Of a stretch of DNA of 64,000 nucleotides, positions 1 through 10,094 are shown piece after piece; the stretch's first letter is position 1, and each line of letters opens with the position of its first letter. The notes under the pieces were generated by a model. The model had not been told where the DNA came from and ran no database searches. It worked only from the letters and a program-made list of their open reading frames with translations. A program made the translations under genes and the position numbers. This DNA is from Candidatus Poribacteria bacterium. GTDB taxonomy: Bacteria; Poribacteria; WGA-4E; PCPOR2b. The DNA lies in assembly GCA_965198175.1 (NCBI GenBank), contig OZ240245.1, positions 3,072,001-3,136,000 on the forward strand. Direction: 5' to 3'.

Positions 1-978
1 CACTACTGAGAAGGCATCCATACCATCGAAGCGGGCTTGATAGTTCAAAATCACGCGATGGTTCAGGACGGACGGGGCTACTGCTTGTACATCCTCGAAT
101 CCGACAGTTGGGCGACCTGAAAGCAAAGCTGACGCCCGCGCTGCCTCTGCCATTGCTATCGCAGCTCTTGGTGATGCAGCGTAGGTGACATATTTTCTAA
201 CATCTTCGGTAGTCTCAGGCGAGTTCGGATGAGTCGAAGCGGTCAAACGCGATATGTAACGGGAAACGGGTTTGGGCAGGAATATCCTGTCCATTACTTC
301 GAATAGCTGATGCAGTTGCTCGGCACTCATCGACCAAGAGGGAACAGGAGGTTCGCCACGACGGCGCGTTGAGATGATGTCGTCGAGTACCTTCACATCA
401 GCGTTAGGAACGATTAGTTTGAACAGAAATCGGTCCAACTGGGCTTCTGGAAGCGGATAAGTTCCCTCTAATTCAATAGGGTTCTGAGAGGCAAGGACAA
501 AAAAGGGATTCGGTAATGCGCGAGTGTTTCCAAGCAGAGTGACAGAACGCTCCTGCATTGCCTCAAGCAATGCGGATTGTGTTTTCGGAGAAGCGCGGTT
601 AATCTCATCGGCGAGCAGGATGTTAGTAAACACTGGTCCCGCCTGGAACGTCATCTCCCGTCGCCCTTCCGAGGTTTGTTGCAAGATATGTGTGCCGACG
701 ATGTCTCCCGGCATCAGATCGGGAGTAAACTGCACCCGGTTAAATACGAGACTGAGCAATTGGCCTAGCGCCTTCACGAGCGCGGTTTTACCGACGCCCG
801 GCACACCTTCGAGCAGGATATGTCCATGACTTAGGATGCCGGCTAGTACCATGCGATGTAACTCAGATCTACCTAGCAGGATTTGATCTAGTTCCGCAAG
901 CACTTTTGCTGTGAGTTCAACAGCGGGGTTCAGTTCTTCAGGCTGTAGTAGCGTTGCTGATTTCTTGCTATTTTGCAC
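1..978 (-). CDS. MoxR-family AAA+ ATPase (3' end runs off the window)
   Basis: Not in the ORF track because no stop falls inside the window. Manual translation from GTG at 978: MQNSKKSATLLQPEEL...GHILLEGVPGVGKT (Walker A), RVQFTPDLMPGDIVG, ILLADEINRASPKTQSALLEAMQE (Walker B), ASQNPIELEGTYPLPEAQLDRF, AASPRAAIAM. Confidence 0.95.
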   Translation of the reverse strand, partial: MQNSKKSATLLQPEELNPAVELTAKVLAELDQILLGRSELHRMVLAGILSHGHILLEGVPGVGKTALVKALGQLLSLVFNRVQFTPDLMPGDIVGTHILQQTSEGRREMTFQAGPVFTNILLADEINRASPKTQSALLEAMQERSVTLLGNTRALPNPFFVLASQNPIELEGTYPLPEAQLDRFLFKLIVPNADVKVLDDIISTRRRGEPPVPSWSMSAEQLHQLFEVMDRIFLPKPVSRYISRLTASTHPNSPETTEDVRKYVTYAASPRAAIAMAEAARASALLSGRPTVGFEDVQAVAPSVLNHRVILNYQARFDGMDAFSVV

Positions 979-1063
979 TATAGTTTGGTTGAGGCGTCTC
1001 TCTTTGAGATTTTAATTCATCATTAACGGTATCCGGAACATCTTTGCTGAGGTGGGTCAAGGC

Positions 1064-2847
1064 TTATTCCTCACTTAGTATGCCGTAGACGATAGAGCAG
1101 AAACTCTTTTCCGTAGTCTTACGAAGTCCCTCCTCAATAAGAAGTGAGGCGTCTAAAAACGCGATATAACAGCCGGGACGGAGGTACTTCTCAGGATTTT
1201 TCCGAATATCTTCAAAGGCAAGTATCCATTGAGGAGAGGCGAATATCTTCCTTAAGCTGGGTGTCCCTTCATGGTGGACGCGGAGAGTACTCCAGCCTTG
1301 GGTCTGTTTCGGCAAATATTTGTGCCCCCATACTTCATTCGGTATCTGCCGCCGTTTCCCATGTTATTGGACCTCAAGCGTAGCATCATTGGACCGTAAC
1401 ATGCCGCGCCATTTCATCGCTTGTTTCGAAATCGGTGGCTTGTTCACCTGTCCCAACTCAGGATCGACATAAGCATCCCACACGTGGAACACCAATGTTT
1501 CACCCAGGCGCAGCTCTTTCTCTGGCGTCATAGCCGCCTCTGTTCCTGCGGGAATACCGGTTGCAGAATAGATAGCACCATCTAGGACAGCCAACCAGAA
1601 CTGGTTTATGTCCGCCCCCAGTCCATTGACAACCCTCAGCCCCACGTCTCCTCCTTGTCTAATCGTGGCGCGCTCACACCTTATTTCGCTCTTGCGAATC
1701 ATGAAGTGCGCCGGAACGCGAGCTGTCACCCAGCCGCTCGACAAGTGCTGGGCGTGGGTCCACTCGACGGTGCGAGGTGTCCCTACCTCTAACACAATTT
1801 GGGGCGTCAGTTCCGTCTCGTAGCCGAAATGCAATCCATCGCCAGGAGTAAGAGACGAATAGAACGCCATCCAGCCAATCGTCGTGGCGCGATGAATCCT
1901 TTCGTCAAGGATCGTAAGTCCTTCTGTGCGCACATGCCGCTTCCACCCTTCGGCGAACGTTGCGTATGCGAACACAGCGCAACAGGTCATCAGCGAGATA
2001 ATCGGTATCGTCCAAAGCAACCAGATGTGTCGCCTTTTGTGCGACAGGACGATGAGGTTCCGCGGACCGATTGCTAAGGCGAAAAGGAACATCAAAAGGA
2101 ACATACCCCGCACGGGAACGTCCAGACCACTGACCACCGGAAACGCGGCGTTGGCATCTACAGCAGAGCGTCCGATTTGCCAAGGCTCCGAAGTCTTCCG
2201 CCACGAATCCACAATCTATCGGCACTGTTCCAGTGATAGGCTCCCTGTATCTATTTCAGCGTTCACGATACACTGACCAAAACCAACATCGTAGTTGACG
2301 AACCTGGATCTATCACTTGCACTCTCCAACTCCAGCTTTGGGGGAGTTCTCTCCCTTCCAACACCAGCAGAGTACCGCTGCACTCCACGTAACGCCACAA
2401 TGCGGATTGAACCTCTGGCGGCATCTGCCCGGACATCGTCGCCCGTGACGACAACGCCATCGGCCGTGAGAAGCCGAGCCAACTCTTACTCCACGCTGAA
2501 GCTGGCAACCCGAAATCGATGGTTTCATAAGGAGTACCACTTCGTGAAGCGTACAAACTGAGTATGTTATTGACGTGGACGTGTAGTTTTGTAAAATCTA
2601 CATTTCGACTCAAGAGCAAACGGGGCGGTTCACCACGGGTGAACTTCGAAGCCATACCCGGTCCCATTGCCGCCCTAGGCGGGTGCCGCATATGCCACAT
2701 GCCCATTACGTCTGGACCGTGGTCAGCGATGGACAACGGAACCATGCCATCTTCCGCCTCACCATCAATTGCCACGCCTAAACCGTTGCCTTCCAACTTT
2801 ACGGGCGGCTGGAACAAGGTTACATGGACGGTGGCGGAACATCTCAT
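1064..2847 (-). pseudogene. Disrupted MoxR-locus membrane-associated protein
   Basis: Four ORF pieces (2263-2847, 2216-2482, 1364-2212, 1064-1315) join into one reading: SWLGFS/ADGVVVTGDDVR/MPPEVQSALWRYVECSG...VID/RFVNYDVGFGQCIV... This needs about three frameshifts plus in-frame TAG (2216-2218) and TAA (1364-1366). Two TM helices follow. Confidence 0.8.
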
Positions 2848-2961
2848 TGCTGATCGCCTTAGGTTAGGTCGGCAACAAAAAAGCAGGCTCGACGGGTGCG
2901 GACAAACTGGCCACGGAGACTCGAAATCACAAACTAGCCGTTCTCTGCTTGATGGTGTACG

Positions 2962-4338
2962 TTAGGGTCTTTCAAAATAGCGTTTTACTACCGCTTTGTG
3001 ACGGGGTAGAACGGTTTGGGTAACTGATGAACCGCCACCAGCTGTTGCGCCGTTGAGCCTCCCCGCTCCCTGTGGCAAGCTAGATGTCTCGACTGATGGA
3101 GCCGCAGCGCTAATTCCGAAGATTTCACTGTCTTGAAGGGATGCGATGTCCGACAGTGGAAGAATTTCCGCATTGAACTTCGCCCCCTCCTCCGCAGTGC
3201 CGTCGCTCCAAGTCATGGGTGCATGACCGGGACCGCGGTTGATACCGCCTCGACACCATCCACCGATACAAGCGGATACTGACATGTGTTCCGAGTTCTC
3301 GGCAAGAAATGCAGCAAGCCCAGCGCTGTCGCACTGCCCGAGCTTCTCGCATGCTTTCAGCGTTTCCAGACCAATTAGGTTTACTGCATTAAGCTTCGTC
3401 AATCGGTCAATGATGTCTTGTTTGGATAAACGCAACGCTGCGGCGATCTCCTTGAGTTGCTCAGGCGTGAGCGCATCCGCATTATCCTCAAGATCCAGTA
3501 GCTGTGCAGCGAGCAGCGCATTCACTTCAGTCGCCTTCTGAACCATCCCAGATAACGTCGTCATCGCCTCCGCTAATAGCTTGGCATCCATCTCCGACGC
3601 CTCGTTCATTAAACCTTCAGCCAAGGTTTCCGCCTCGTTCAGGCGTTCCGTTTCGCTCAAGGCGTCCTCGGCAGCCTCCGTTGCTTCTTGAGAGAGCATA
3701 TCCGTGAGATGGTCCAACGCTTCCCAAGTCTTGACTGGATCTTCGCCCGAAGCCTCCGCTTGGAGCTGATCCAGTTTTTCTTCAAGGGTCTCCGCTTGGG
3801 CTAATTCGATGATCTCCTCTTCCTTGAGCACGTCAATTCCGACCGCCAATTGGTTGACCTCTTCGCTAATATCAAGAGGATGTGCCTTAGGTATTTCTAC
3901 AAAACGTTGCGGTATCAACAAACTGATGCAAACGAACACGACAGCCCCAGTAAAGCGTGCCCAAGAAACTCCGCCGTGCCAGCGAAACCGCGGTCGGTGA
4001 ATCTGCGGCATCTGTTTACCCCAACTGCCCAGTTCCACGGTTTCCGCCGCCATCATAAGCCCACCGGATCCGCTGTGTTTATCGAGGCTGGCTCGAACAG
4101 CAGATCGAGTCGGAATCTGATGCAACGCGAGTATTACCGCAACGCCTAACGCCATTAACAGCCCGATGCCTCCGCCCAATAGTAACAGACGGGGCATCCC
4201 AATTGTTGCACGAAGCACAATGACCGCCGTGCCCCAAAGTAGTCCCCAGACGGTCGCGACAGCGAGGATCTTCTTTAGGACCAGGAATGTCGCCAATTTG
4301 ATTCTGAACCAACGAATTGCTTTTTCATCCCTGTTCAT
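2962..4338 (-). CDS. Membrane protein with acidic coiled-coil region, MoxR-locus associated
   Basis: 458 aa; three hydrophobic segments at the N-terminus, an acidic helical middle, GGINRGPG motif and a C-terminal LPRHKAVVKRYF tail; RBS AGGAG. Confidence 0.8.
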   Translation of the reverse strand: MNRDEKAIRWFRIKLATFLVLKKILAVATVWGLLWGTAVIVLRATIGMPRLLLLGGGIGLLMALGVAVILALHQIPTRSAVRASLDKHSGSGGLMMAAETVELGSWGKQMPQIHRPRFRWHGGVSWARFTGAVVFVCISLLIPQRFVEIPKAHPLDISEEVNQLAVGIDVLKEEEIIELAQAETLEEKLDQLQAEASGEDPVKTWEALDHLTDMLSQEATEAAEDALSETERLNEAETLAEGLMNEASEMDAKLLAEAMTTLSGMVQKATEVNALLAAQLLDLEDNADALTPEQLKEIAAALRLSKQDIIDRLTKLNAVNLIGLETLKACEKLGQCDSAGLAAFLAENSEHMSVSACIGGWCRGGINRGPGHAPMTWSDGTAEEGAKFNAEILPLSDIASLQDSEIFGISAAAPSVETSSLPQGAGRLNGATAGGGSSVTQTVLPRHKAVVKRYFERP

Positions 4339-4467
4339 GGAATGTCTCCTGTTTAAGTGTACGGATATGTGACGGATGCACCGGAATCCGTTCGGTCAAT
4401 TCGCATTGAGAAGGATGCAGATACAACATACATTATACCTTATTTGGCGAGAAATAAACAAGTCTAA

Positions 4468-4634
4468 GAGCCTGTTTGAAAACGAAAAAGTGACGCGAAC
4501 GGTTGATGTTTACGTTTACTCATTGGGGAAGTAAATACTGAACCAATGAAAGGAGTAAATATGAACCGCAAGAGTTATTCCATGGTTAAGGTCACTGATG
4601 CCAAACCGTATCAAATGACTTTTCAATCAGGTTC
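4468..4634 (+). mobile_element. Internally deleted IS5-family element (MITE-like, 167 bp)
   Basis: Terminal inverted repeats GAGCCTGTTTGAAAA / TTTTCAATCAGGTTC (13/15 match) with TAA and TGA flanks. Inside: RBS AAGGAG and ATG at 4561 reading MNRKSY, which resembles IS5 transposase N-termini. Confidence 0.75.
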
Positions 4635-4664
4635 TGAGGGCATGAATTGCTAATCGAGAAAAAA

Positions 4665-4692
4665 TTGACAAAATTGCTGTCTATGATATAAT
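4665..4692 (+). promoter_or_regulatory. Sigma70 promoter
   Basis: TTGACA-16 bp-TATAAT with extended -10 TG, about 90 bp upstream of the ICL/PEP-mutase gene. Confidence 0.8.
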
Positions 4693-4783
4693 GAATACTA
4701 GCGATAACATGAGGGGGAGATTTCGCGTTTTACGAATCAGGTACTACTATACCTGTTGAACAATAATCTGCTTTGGGGGTATT

Positions 4784-5674
4784 ATGAAAAAAACGGCAAA
4801 ACTTCGCAAAATGATTGACGAGGGAAAGACGGTTGTTGGTGTCGGTGCTCAGGACGCTCTGTCTGGGTTGTTAGTCCAGCGAGCTGGTTTCGACGCTGTA
4901 TATGTGGGCAGCTATTCCACCGAAGCCTCATTTTTGGGCAAGCCGGATTTAGCCCTCATGTCCAAAACGGAACGCCTTCTACTCGTCCGCAACGTTGTAA
5001 AGGCGGTAGATGTACCAGTGATAGCCGACATGGAGGAAGGGTACGGTAACGCCATCAGCGTCATGGATTCAATTCGAGATTTTGAGGATGCTGGCGTTGC
5101 TGGGGTTCACATTGACGACGAACAGCTTCCCTGTAAGTGCCCATTTCTGCCCGGTATCCCTCGCAATCAGCTTATCTCTGTAGACGAGATGTGTGGCAAG
5201 ATTGAGGCGGCAGTTGATGCACGTCAGGACCCGAATTTTTTGATTATCGCACGTTGTGACACAATCGGGACAGTTCCGCTCGAAATGTACTACGAGAAGA
5301 ATATGATCGAAGATGTTGTCGAGCGGAGCAACGCTTACGTTGACGCAGGTGCGGACGGCGTTATGCTGATGGCTCTAAACGTCGGCGAGATGGAGTATTT
5401 CGCTGAACGAATAAAGGGGCTGCGGGTCGGCCTCTTTGCTCCTATGGAGCCAATCGCAATCAAAGAGTTTGAACGAACTGGCTATGCGATGACGATAGGT
5501 TCGATTGCGACGCTGTATATGTACGTAAGAGGTCTGCTAGACGGTCTAAAGAAATTGTACGAAACAGGGGATTGGAACGAGATTGCCGATCACATTGCTA
5601 CAGATGATGAATTCTACGAAGTGCTCGGGCTTCAGGATTACCGTGCATTTTACGATAAATACCGCATTCCATAA
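4784..5674 (+). CDS. Isocitrate lyase/PEP mutase superfamily enzyme
   Basis: DALSGLLVQRAGFDAVYVGS, PVIADMEEGYG, GVHIDDEQ, IIARCD, AYVDAGAD. Confidence 0.92.
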   Translation: MKKTAKLRKMIDEGKTVVGVGAQDALSGLLVQRAGFDAVYVGSYSTEASFLGKPDLALMSKTERLLLVRNVVKAVDVPVIADMEEGYGNAISVMDSIRDFEDAGVAGVHIDDEQLPCKCPFLPGIPRNQLISVDEMCGKIEAAVDARQDPNFLIIARCDTIGTVPLEMYYEKNMIEDVVERSNAYVDAGADGVMLMALNVGEMEYFAERIKGLRVGLFAPMEPIAIKEFERTGYAMTIGSIATLYMYVRGLLDGLKKLYETGDWNEIADHIATDDEFYEVLGLQDYRAFYDKYRIP

Positions 5675-5743
5675 GTCGGATGCCGAACTGTCGTTTGGTT
5701 AATAAAAATAGGTCGCAACGACGGATAAAGAGGTGAAATAACT

Positions 5744-6925
5744 GTGCTGAGAGTTGGATTTGTCGGTCTCGGGTTTATAAGTGATGAACACGTGTTAGGA
5801 TACATCGACAACGAGGATGCGAGGATTGTCGCTGTAGCGGATGTCGATGAAGAAAAAGGGCGAGCTTGGTTGCGGAAATGGAAATTGCCATACGACGTGG
5901 AGTTATATACAAACTTTGAAGACATGCTCCAGCGGGAAGCGCTAGACATCCTTGAGATATTGACCCCACACAATCTGCATTGTCCTATGGTGTTGAAAGC
6001 TGCCGAGGCGAATGTGAAAAACATCAGCGTTCAGAAACCGATGGGGCTTAATCTGCGCGAGGCGAATCGGATGATTGAGGCGTGTCGGGCGAAAGGTGTG
6101 AAACTCAGGGTTTATGAAAATGCACTATTCTATCCCATCTATAAAAAAGCGAAGGAATTGATTGACGGCGGCTTAATAGGCGAGTTGCTTACGATGCGCT
6201 CTTGCACAATGGTAGGTATCCGAGAAGGCATTGAGTGGCCATCGGCTTGGTCAGCATCAAGCTGGCGTGGAAACCTCGCAACGGCTGGATCCGGACCACT
6301 GATTGGCGATCACGGATTTCACCGATTCTCTGTCGTGAGATGGTTTATGGAGCGAGATTTTGAGAAGGTGGACTGTTGGATTGAGCCGGATACGCGTCTA
6401 GATGCCCCTGCATTCATCCGTGCGAAGTTTCGAACCGCGCCCAATGAATCTCCAAAGTACGCCCAGATTGACTTCTCGTTTTCGCCGCGCATGTCGATAC
6501 CGTCCAATTTCTGGCTTGATGATTTTGTTGAGGTCGTTGGGGATAAAGGGATAATGTGGATTAACCAGTGCGATGCTGCCGGAGATCGAGAGATGTACAA
6601 AGAATTTGAAATGTCATCTAGCCCCGTGTTTCCACCGATTGCCGTATTCATTGACGGTCGAGTTGATACCTATTTGGCGGATATATCGTTAACGGATCGT
6701 AACTGGTCAACTTCTTTTGTAGCAAGCACCCGTCATTTTATAAAGGCAATTATTGAGGACGAGGAACCGATACACTCGGGTGAGGATGCAATGGAGATTA
6801 AACGCTACATTGTTGCGTCTTATCTTTCAGCGCAAGAGAGGCGTGAAATTCCTATTGACCAAATTACGTTAGAGGCTGAAGAACGCGGCGCATTGCAGTT
6901 GATGACAAATTTTTGCAATCAGTGA
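5744..6925 (+). CDS. Gfo/Idh/MocA family oxidoreductase
   Basis: Rossmann VGFVGLGFIS, ILTPHNLH, VQKPM, GGLIGE, DHGFH. Confidence 0.92.
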   Translation: MLRVGFVGLGFISDEHVLGYIDNEDARIVAVADVDEEKGRAWLRKWKLPYDVELYTNFEDMLQREALDILEILTPHNLHCPMVLKAAEANVKNISVQKPMGLNLREANRMIEACRAKGVKLRVYENALFYPIYKKAKELIDGGLIGELLTMRSCTMVGIREGIEWPSAWSASSWRGNLATAGSGPLIGDHGFHRFSVVRWFMERDFEKVDCWIEPDTRLDAPAFIRAKFRTAPNESPKYAQIDFSFSPRMSIPSNFWLDDFVEVVGDKGIMWINQCDAAGDREMYKEFEMSSSPVFPPIAVFIDGRVDTYLADISLTDRNWSTSFVASTRHFIKAIIEDEEPIHSGEDAMEIKRYIVASYLSAQERREIPIDQITLEAEERGALQLMTNFCNQ

Positions 6926-7095
6926 TCGATCGATAATGCGGCTGTAATTGGTCAGAGAAAAGGCGGAAATCTCATCTGCTTGTACATGTTGCTTTAGGAG
7001 TTTCTCAAAGAAATATGCCTTTCAATTGATTCGTTTGGATTGCTACATCCGAGCGGAGTAGCTGTAATGAGAACTTTTGCAGAACGGAGATTAAC

Positions 7096-7905
7096 ATGCT
7101 GACTCAAGAACAGATTCATCATTTTCGAACATTGGGCTTTGTCATGTGCAAGCGGATGCTGTCGCAAGAGGAGATTCAGGTACTTTCTGATGCTTTTGAC
7201 TCAGCAATGGAGAAGGCACGGGGAGGTGCACCAAAACCAAATCCCGGTGAGCCTAGGCAACAGGTTGTACCTTTCTTTGACTACGATCCCGGCACATTTT
7301 ACCCGCTGTTAGATGATGCTCGCATTGCAGACACCCTGGAACAACTGATGGGTGAGGACTTTATCCTTACTGTCAGCGAAGGAATTCTTCACACCGGTGG
7401 AAGCGGATGGCATCATGACGCCTGCGCGCCCGAAGGTCTCTTCAGCATGCGGGCGGCAATATATTTGGACCCACTTGGCCCCGAGGACGGCTGTCTCAAC
7501 GTTATCCCGGGAAGCCACAATAAGGAATATCAAGAAGCGATTGCTAGCAATATCAACAACGTGGGGGTAGGACCTGAAGATATACCAGGTCGATACCCGC
7601 TTGTCAATGAACCGGGGGACGTTCTCTTTATGAATCATAAGACGTTTCACTCCGCATTGAGCGATAAGCCCTGGCGACGCGCTATCCATATCAATTGTAC
7701 CCAAAATACGACACCGGAGAAGAGCTCCGAACAATTCGATTGGCTAATGGGTTTTCTCCAAGGGGAAACCAATGGATGGGGCCGATTTTATAGCGATCAT
7801 TTGATTCAGACAGCAGGTACTCGCCGCAAGAAGATGCTGGATCGTGCAATCGAACTAGGTTTTGGAAACACAGGGCGAATTACGCACCTACAGAATTTGC
7901 CCTAG
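7096..7905 (+). CDS. PhyH-family Fe(II)/2-oxoglutarate dioxygenase
   Basis: MLTQEQIHHFRTLGF start, WHHD (HxD), GCLNVIPGSH, PGDVLFMNHKTFH. Confidence 0.92.
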   Translation: MLTQEQIHHFRTLGFVMCKRMLSQEEIQVLSDAFDSAMEKARGGAPKPNPGEPRQQVVPFFDYDPGTFYPLLDDARIADTLEQLMGEDFILTVSEGILHTGGSGWHHDACAPEGLFSMRAAIYLDPLGPEDGCLNVIPGSHNKEYQEAIASNINNVGVGPEDIPGRYPLVNEPGDVLFMNHKTFHSALSDKPWRRAIHINCTQNTTPEKSSEQFDWLMGFLQGETNGWGRFYSDHLIQTAGTRRKKMLDRAIELGFGNTGRITHLQNLP

Positions 7906-8028
7906 GAAACTTCAACGCAACTGATGCTGCGATAGAATCAGTCGACGGTTGATGAAGCGGCTTCACAGTGAGTTGCATGAAATGCATCACATGCTTTTTT
8001 TTGGTGATTCAGAAGGGAGACCAGAACC

Positions 8029-8865
8029 GTGATAACAGAGGACGAAGTTATCCATTTTCAGACGCTGGGATTCTTACAGTGCCGGCAGCTGTTTTCACCT
8101 GAGGAGATTCAAGTGCTTTCGGACTCCTTTGATGCGGCAATGAGAAGGCAGCGTGGCGGAACGCCCGAACCAGAACTTCGCCAAGATGAACACGGCTATT
8201 CCGCGGTCAGCCAGGACGAGATTCCGTTCTTCGACACTGACCCGGATGCGTTTTACCCACTGCTGGAAGATGCACGCATCCTTGATGTCTTCGAACAACT
8301 GATGGGTAGCGATTTCATCATGGCTGCCCACAGCGCAGTAATCTATGGTGGCGGGACACCTTGGCATCATGACACCGTGGCGCCTGAAGGCTTCTTAAGT
8401 ATGCGGGCGGCGCTCTATCTCGACCCACTTGGACCCGAAGACGGTTGCCTCACGGTCATTCCAGGAAGCCATTTTAAGGAATTTCGAGATGCACTTGTCA
8501 AGACAGTAGGAAATTTCCAGCACACAAACCAGTTGGGAATTGATGCGGTGGAGTTGCCGGGTAAGTATCCGCTTGTGACCGAACCAGGGGACGTGATTTT
8601 CATGAATCACAAGTTATACCACGCCGCCTTTGACCCCAAGCTCGGCAGGCGGATACTCCGAATAACCTGTGTCCAGAATACAACGCCCGAAAAAAATCAA
8701 GAGCACTACGATTGGCTCGTTCAATACCTTAACGGTATTGCCGAGGGTCACGGCATAATCTACAGTGACCGTCTACTTTCAAGTGGAGGGCCTCGTTGTC
8801 AGGAGGTGATGGCGCGGGGGCTCGCACTGGGGTTCGGAACAGGCAATCTAATCCAATCACCATAG
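8029..8865 (+). CDS. PhyH-family dioxygenase (tandem paralog)
   Basis: WHHD, YLDPLGPEDGCLTVIPGSH, PGDVIFMNHKLYH; collinear with the upstream paralog. Confidence 0.92.
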   Translation: MITEDEVIHFQTLGFLQCRQLFSPEEIQVLSDSFDAAMRRQRGGTPEPELRQDEHGYSAVSQDEIPFFDTDPDAFYPLLEDARILDVFEQLMGSDFIMAAHSAVIYGGGTPWHHDTVAPEGFLSMRAALYLDPLGPEDGCLTVIPGSHFKEFRDALVKTVGNFQHTNQLGIDAVELPGKYPLVTEPGDVIFMNHKLYHAAFDPKLGRRILRITCVQNTTPEKNQEHYDWLVQYLNGIAEGHGIIYSDRLLSSGGPRCQEVMARGLALGFGTGNLIQSP

Positions 8866-8916
8866 TCAAATCTTAATCCTAGCCTTAGCTGTCCTTGATA
8901 CTAAAGAGGTGGAATC

Positions 8917-9891
8917 ATGAGAAGGAGAAAGGCGTTAATCACGGGTATTACAGGGCAGGATGGCTCCTACCTCGCTGAATTTCTGCTTTCCAAAGGGTAT
9001 GAGGTTCACGGTATAGTTAGGCGAGTGGCGCTTGAAGATCCTGAGCATAGACTCCGGAGAATACAACATATCCTTGACAAGTTAAATTTACACACAGCGT
9101 CTCTTGAGAGCTATGCAAGTTTATTTAGGGCGATTGAAGATTTGAAACCGGATGAGTGTTATCATCTTGCTGCTCAAAGCTTCGTCAGTTACTCCTTTGA
9201 AGACGAGTTCTCCACGATTAATACAAACATTAACGGAACCCATTATGTCTTGTCTGCCATCAAGGAAAATGTTCCTGAGTGTCGGTTCTATTTTGCTGCG
9301 TCTAGTGAAATGTTTGGAAAAGCTCAGGAGACTCCGCAAAATGAAGATACACGCTTTCATCCTCGTTCACCTTATGGCATCTCAAAGGTAGCCGGCTTTC
9401 ATTTGACGCGTAACTATCGAGAGGCGTATGATATCTTCGCCTGCAGTGGCATTCTGTTTAACCATGAATCCCCGCGGCGAGGCTACGAGTTTGTGACGAG
9501 AAAAATAACCAGCGTTGCAACTAAAATAAAGGGCGGACTTGCCACGGAATTACGGTTGGGCAATTTAGCTGCTAAGAGGGATTGGGGATACGCTGGAGAT
9601 TATGTTCGAGCGATGTGGCTTATGTTGCAGCAAGACTCGGCGGATGACTATGTCATCGCTACGGGTGAAACTCACTCCGTAAAAGACTTTGTAAGAACTT
9701 GCTTCGATTACGTCGATCTAAACTATGAAGACTACGTCGTTATTGATGAAAACCTATACCGTCCAGCGGAAGTGAATATTCTTCAAGGAGATTTTAGTAA
9801 AGCAGAACGAAAATTGGGCTGGAAGCCGACTGTTGGCTTTGAAGCACTGGTTGAGATGATGATTAAAGCGGACCTTGGTCAGTGCGTGTAA
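8917..9891 (+). CDS. gmd: GDP-mannose 4,6-dehydratase
   Basis: ALITGITGQDGSYLAEFLL, LAAQSFV, PRSPYGISK, GILFNHESPRRG, RDWGYAGDYV. Confidence 0.97.
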   Translation: MRRRKALITGITGQDGSYLAEFLLSKGYEVHGIVRRVALEDPEHRLRRIQHILDKLNLHTASLESYASLFRAIEDLKPDECYHLAAQSFVSYSFEDEFSTINTNINGTHYVLSAIKENVPECRFYFAASSEMFGKAQETPQNEDTRFHPRSPYGISKVAGFHLTRNYREAYDIFACSGILFNHESPRRGYEFVTRKITSVATKIKGGLATELRLGNLAAKRDWGYAGDYVRAMWLMLQQDSADDYVIATGETHSVKDFVRTCFDYVDLNYEDYVVIDENLYRPAEVNILQGDFSKAERKLGWKPTVGFEALVEMMIKADLGQCV

Positions 9892-10094
9892 GAGATGCGA
9901 GGACGAAACAGGAGAATACGTATCCAATTGCGCACAACTGCCGACTAAAGCAGAATATTTCTCACTCCAAACAGAACCCCAATCACACCGAACCTTGAGA
10001 AGCACGTTCATTGGGCGACATTTGGGCGTTGTACGCAACCGAAATAATTGTCATTTTCTTCATCTAAGACCCTTATAACCGATTATCTAGGTAA

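Noticed and set aside
524..829. Plus-strand ORFs over moxR
   Set aside because: Antisense shadows of the MoxR ATPase, which the ORF track misses because its stop is outside the window.
1257..1507. Bona fide MITE inside the MoxR-locus pseudogene
   Set aside because: Only a 7-bp inverted repeat, no target duplication, and removing it does not restore the frame.
8917..9891. Polysaccharide biosynthesis cluster around gmd
   Set aside because: No fcl, manB/C or glycosyltransferase genes adjacent; gmd stands alone.
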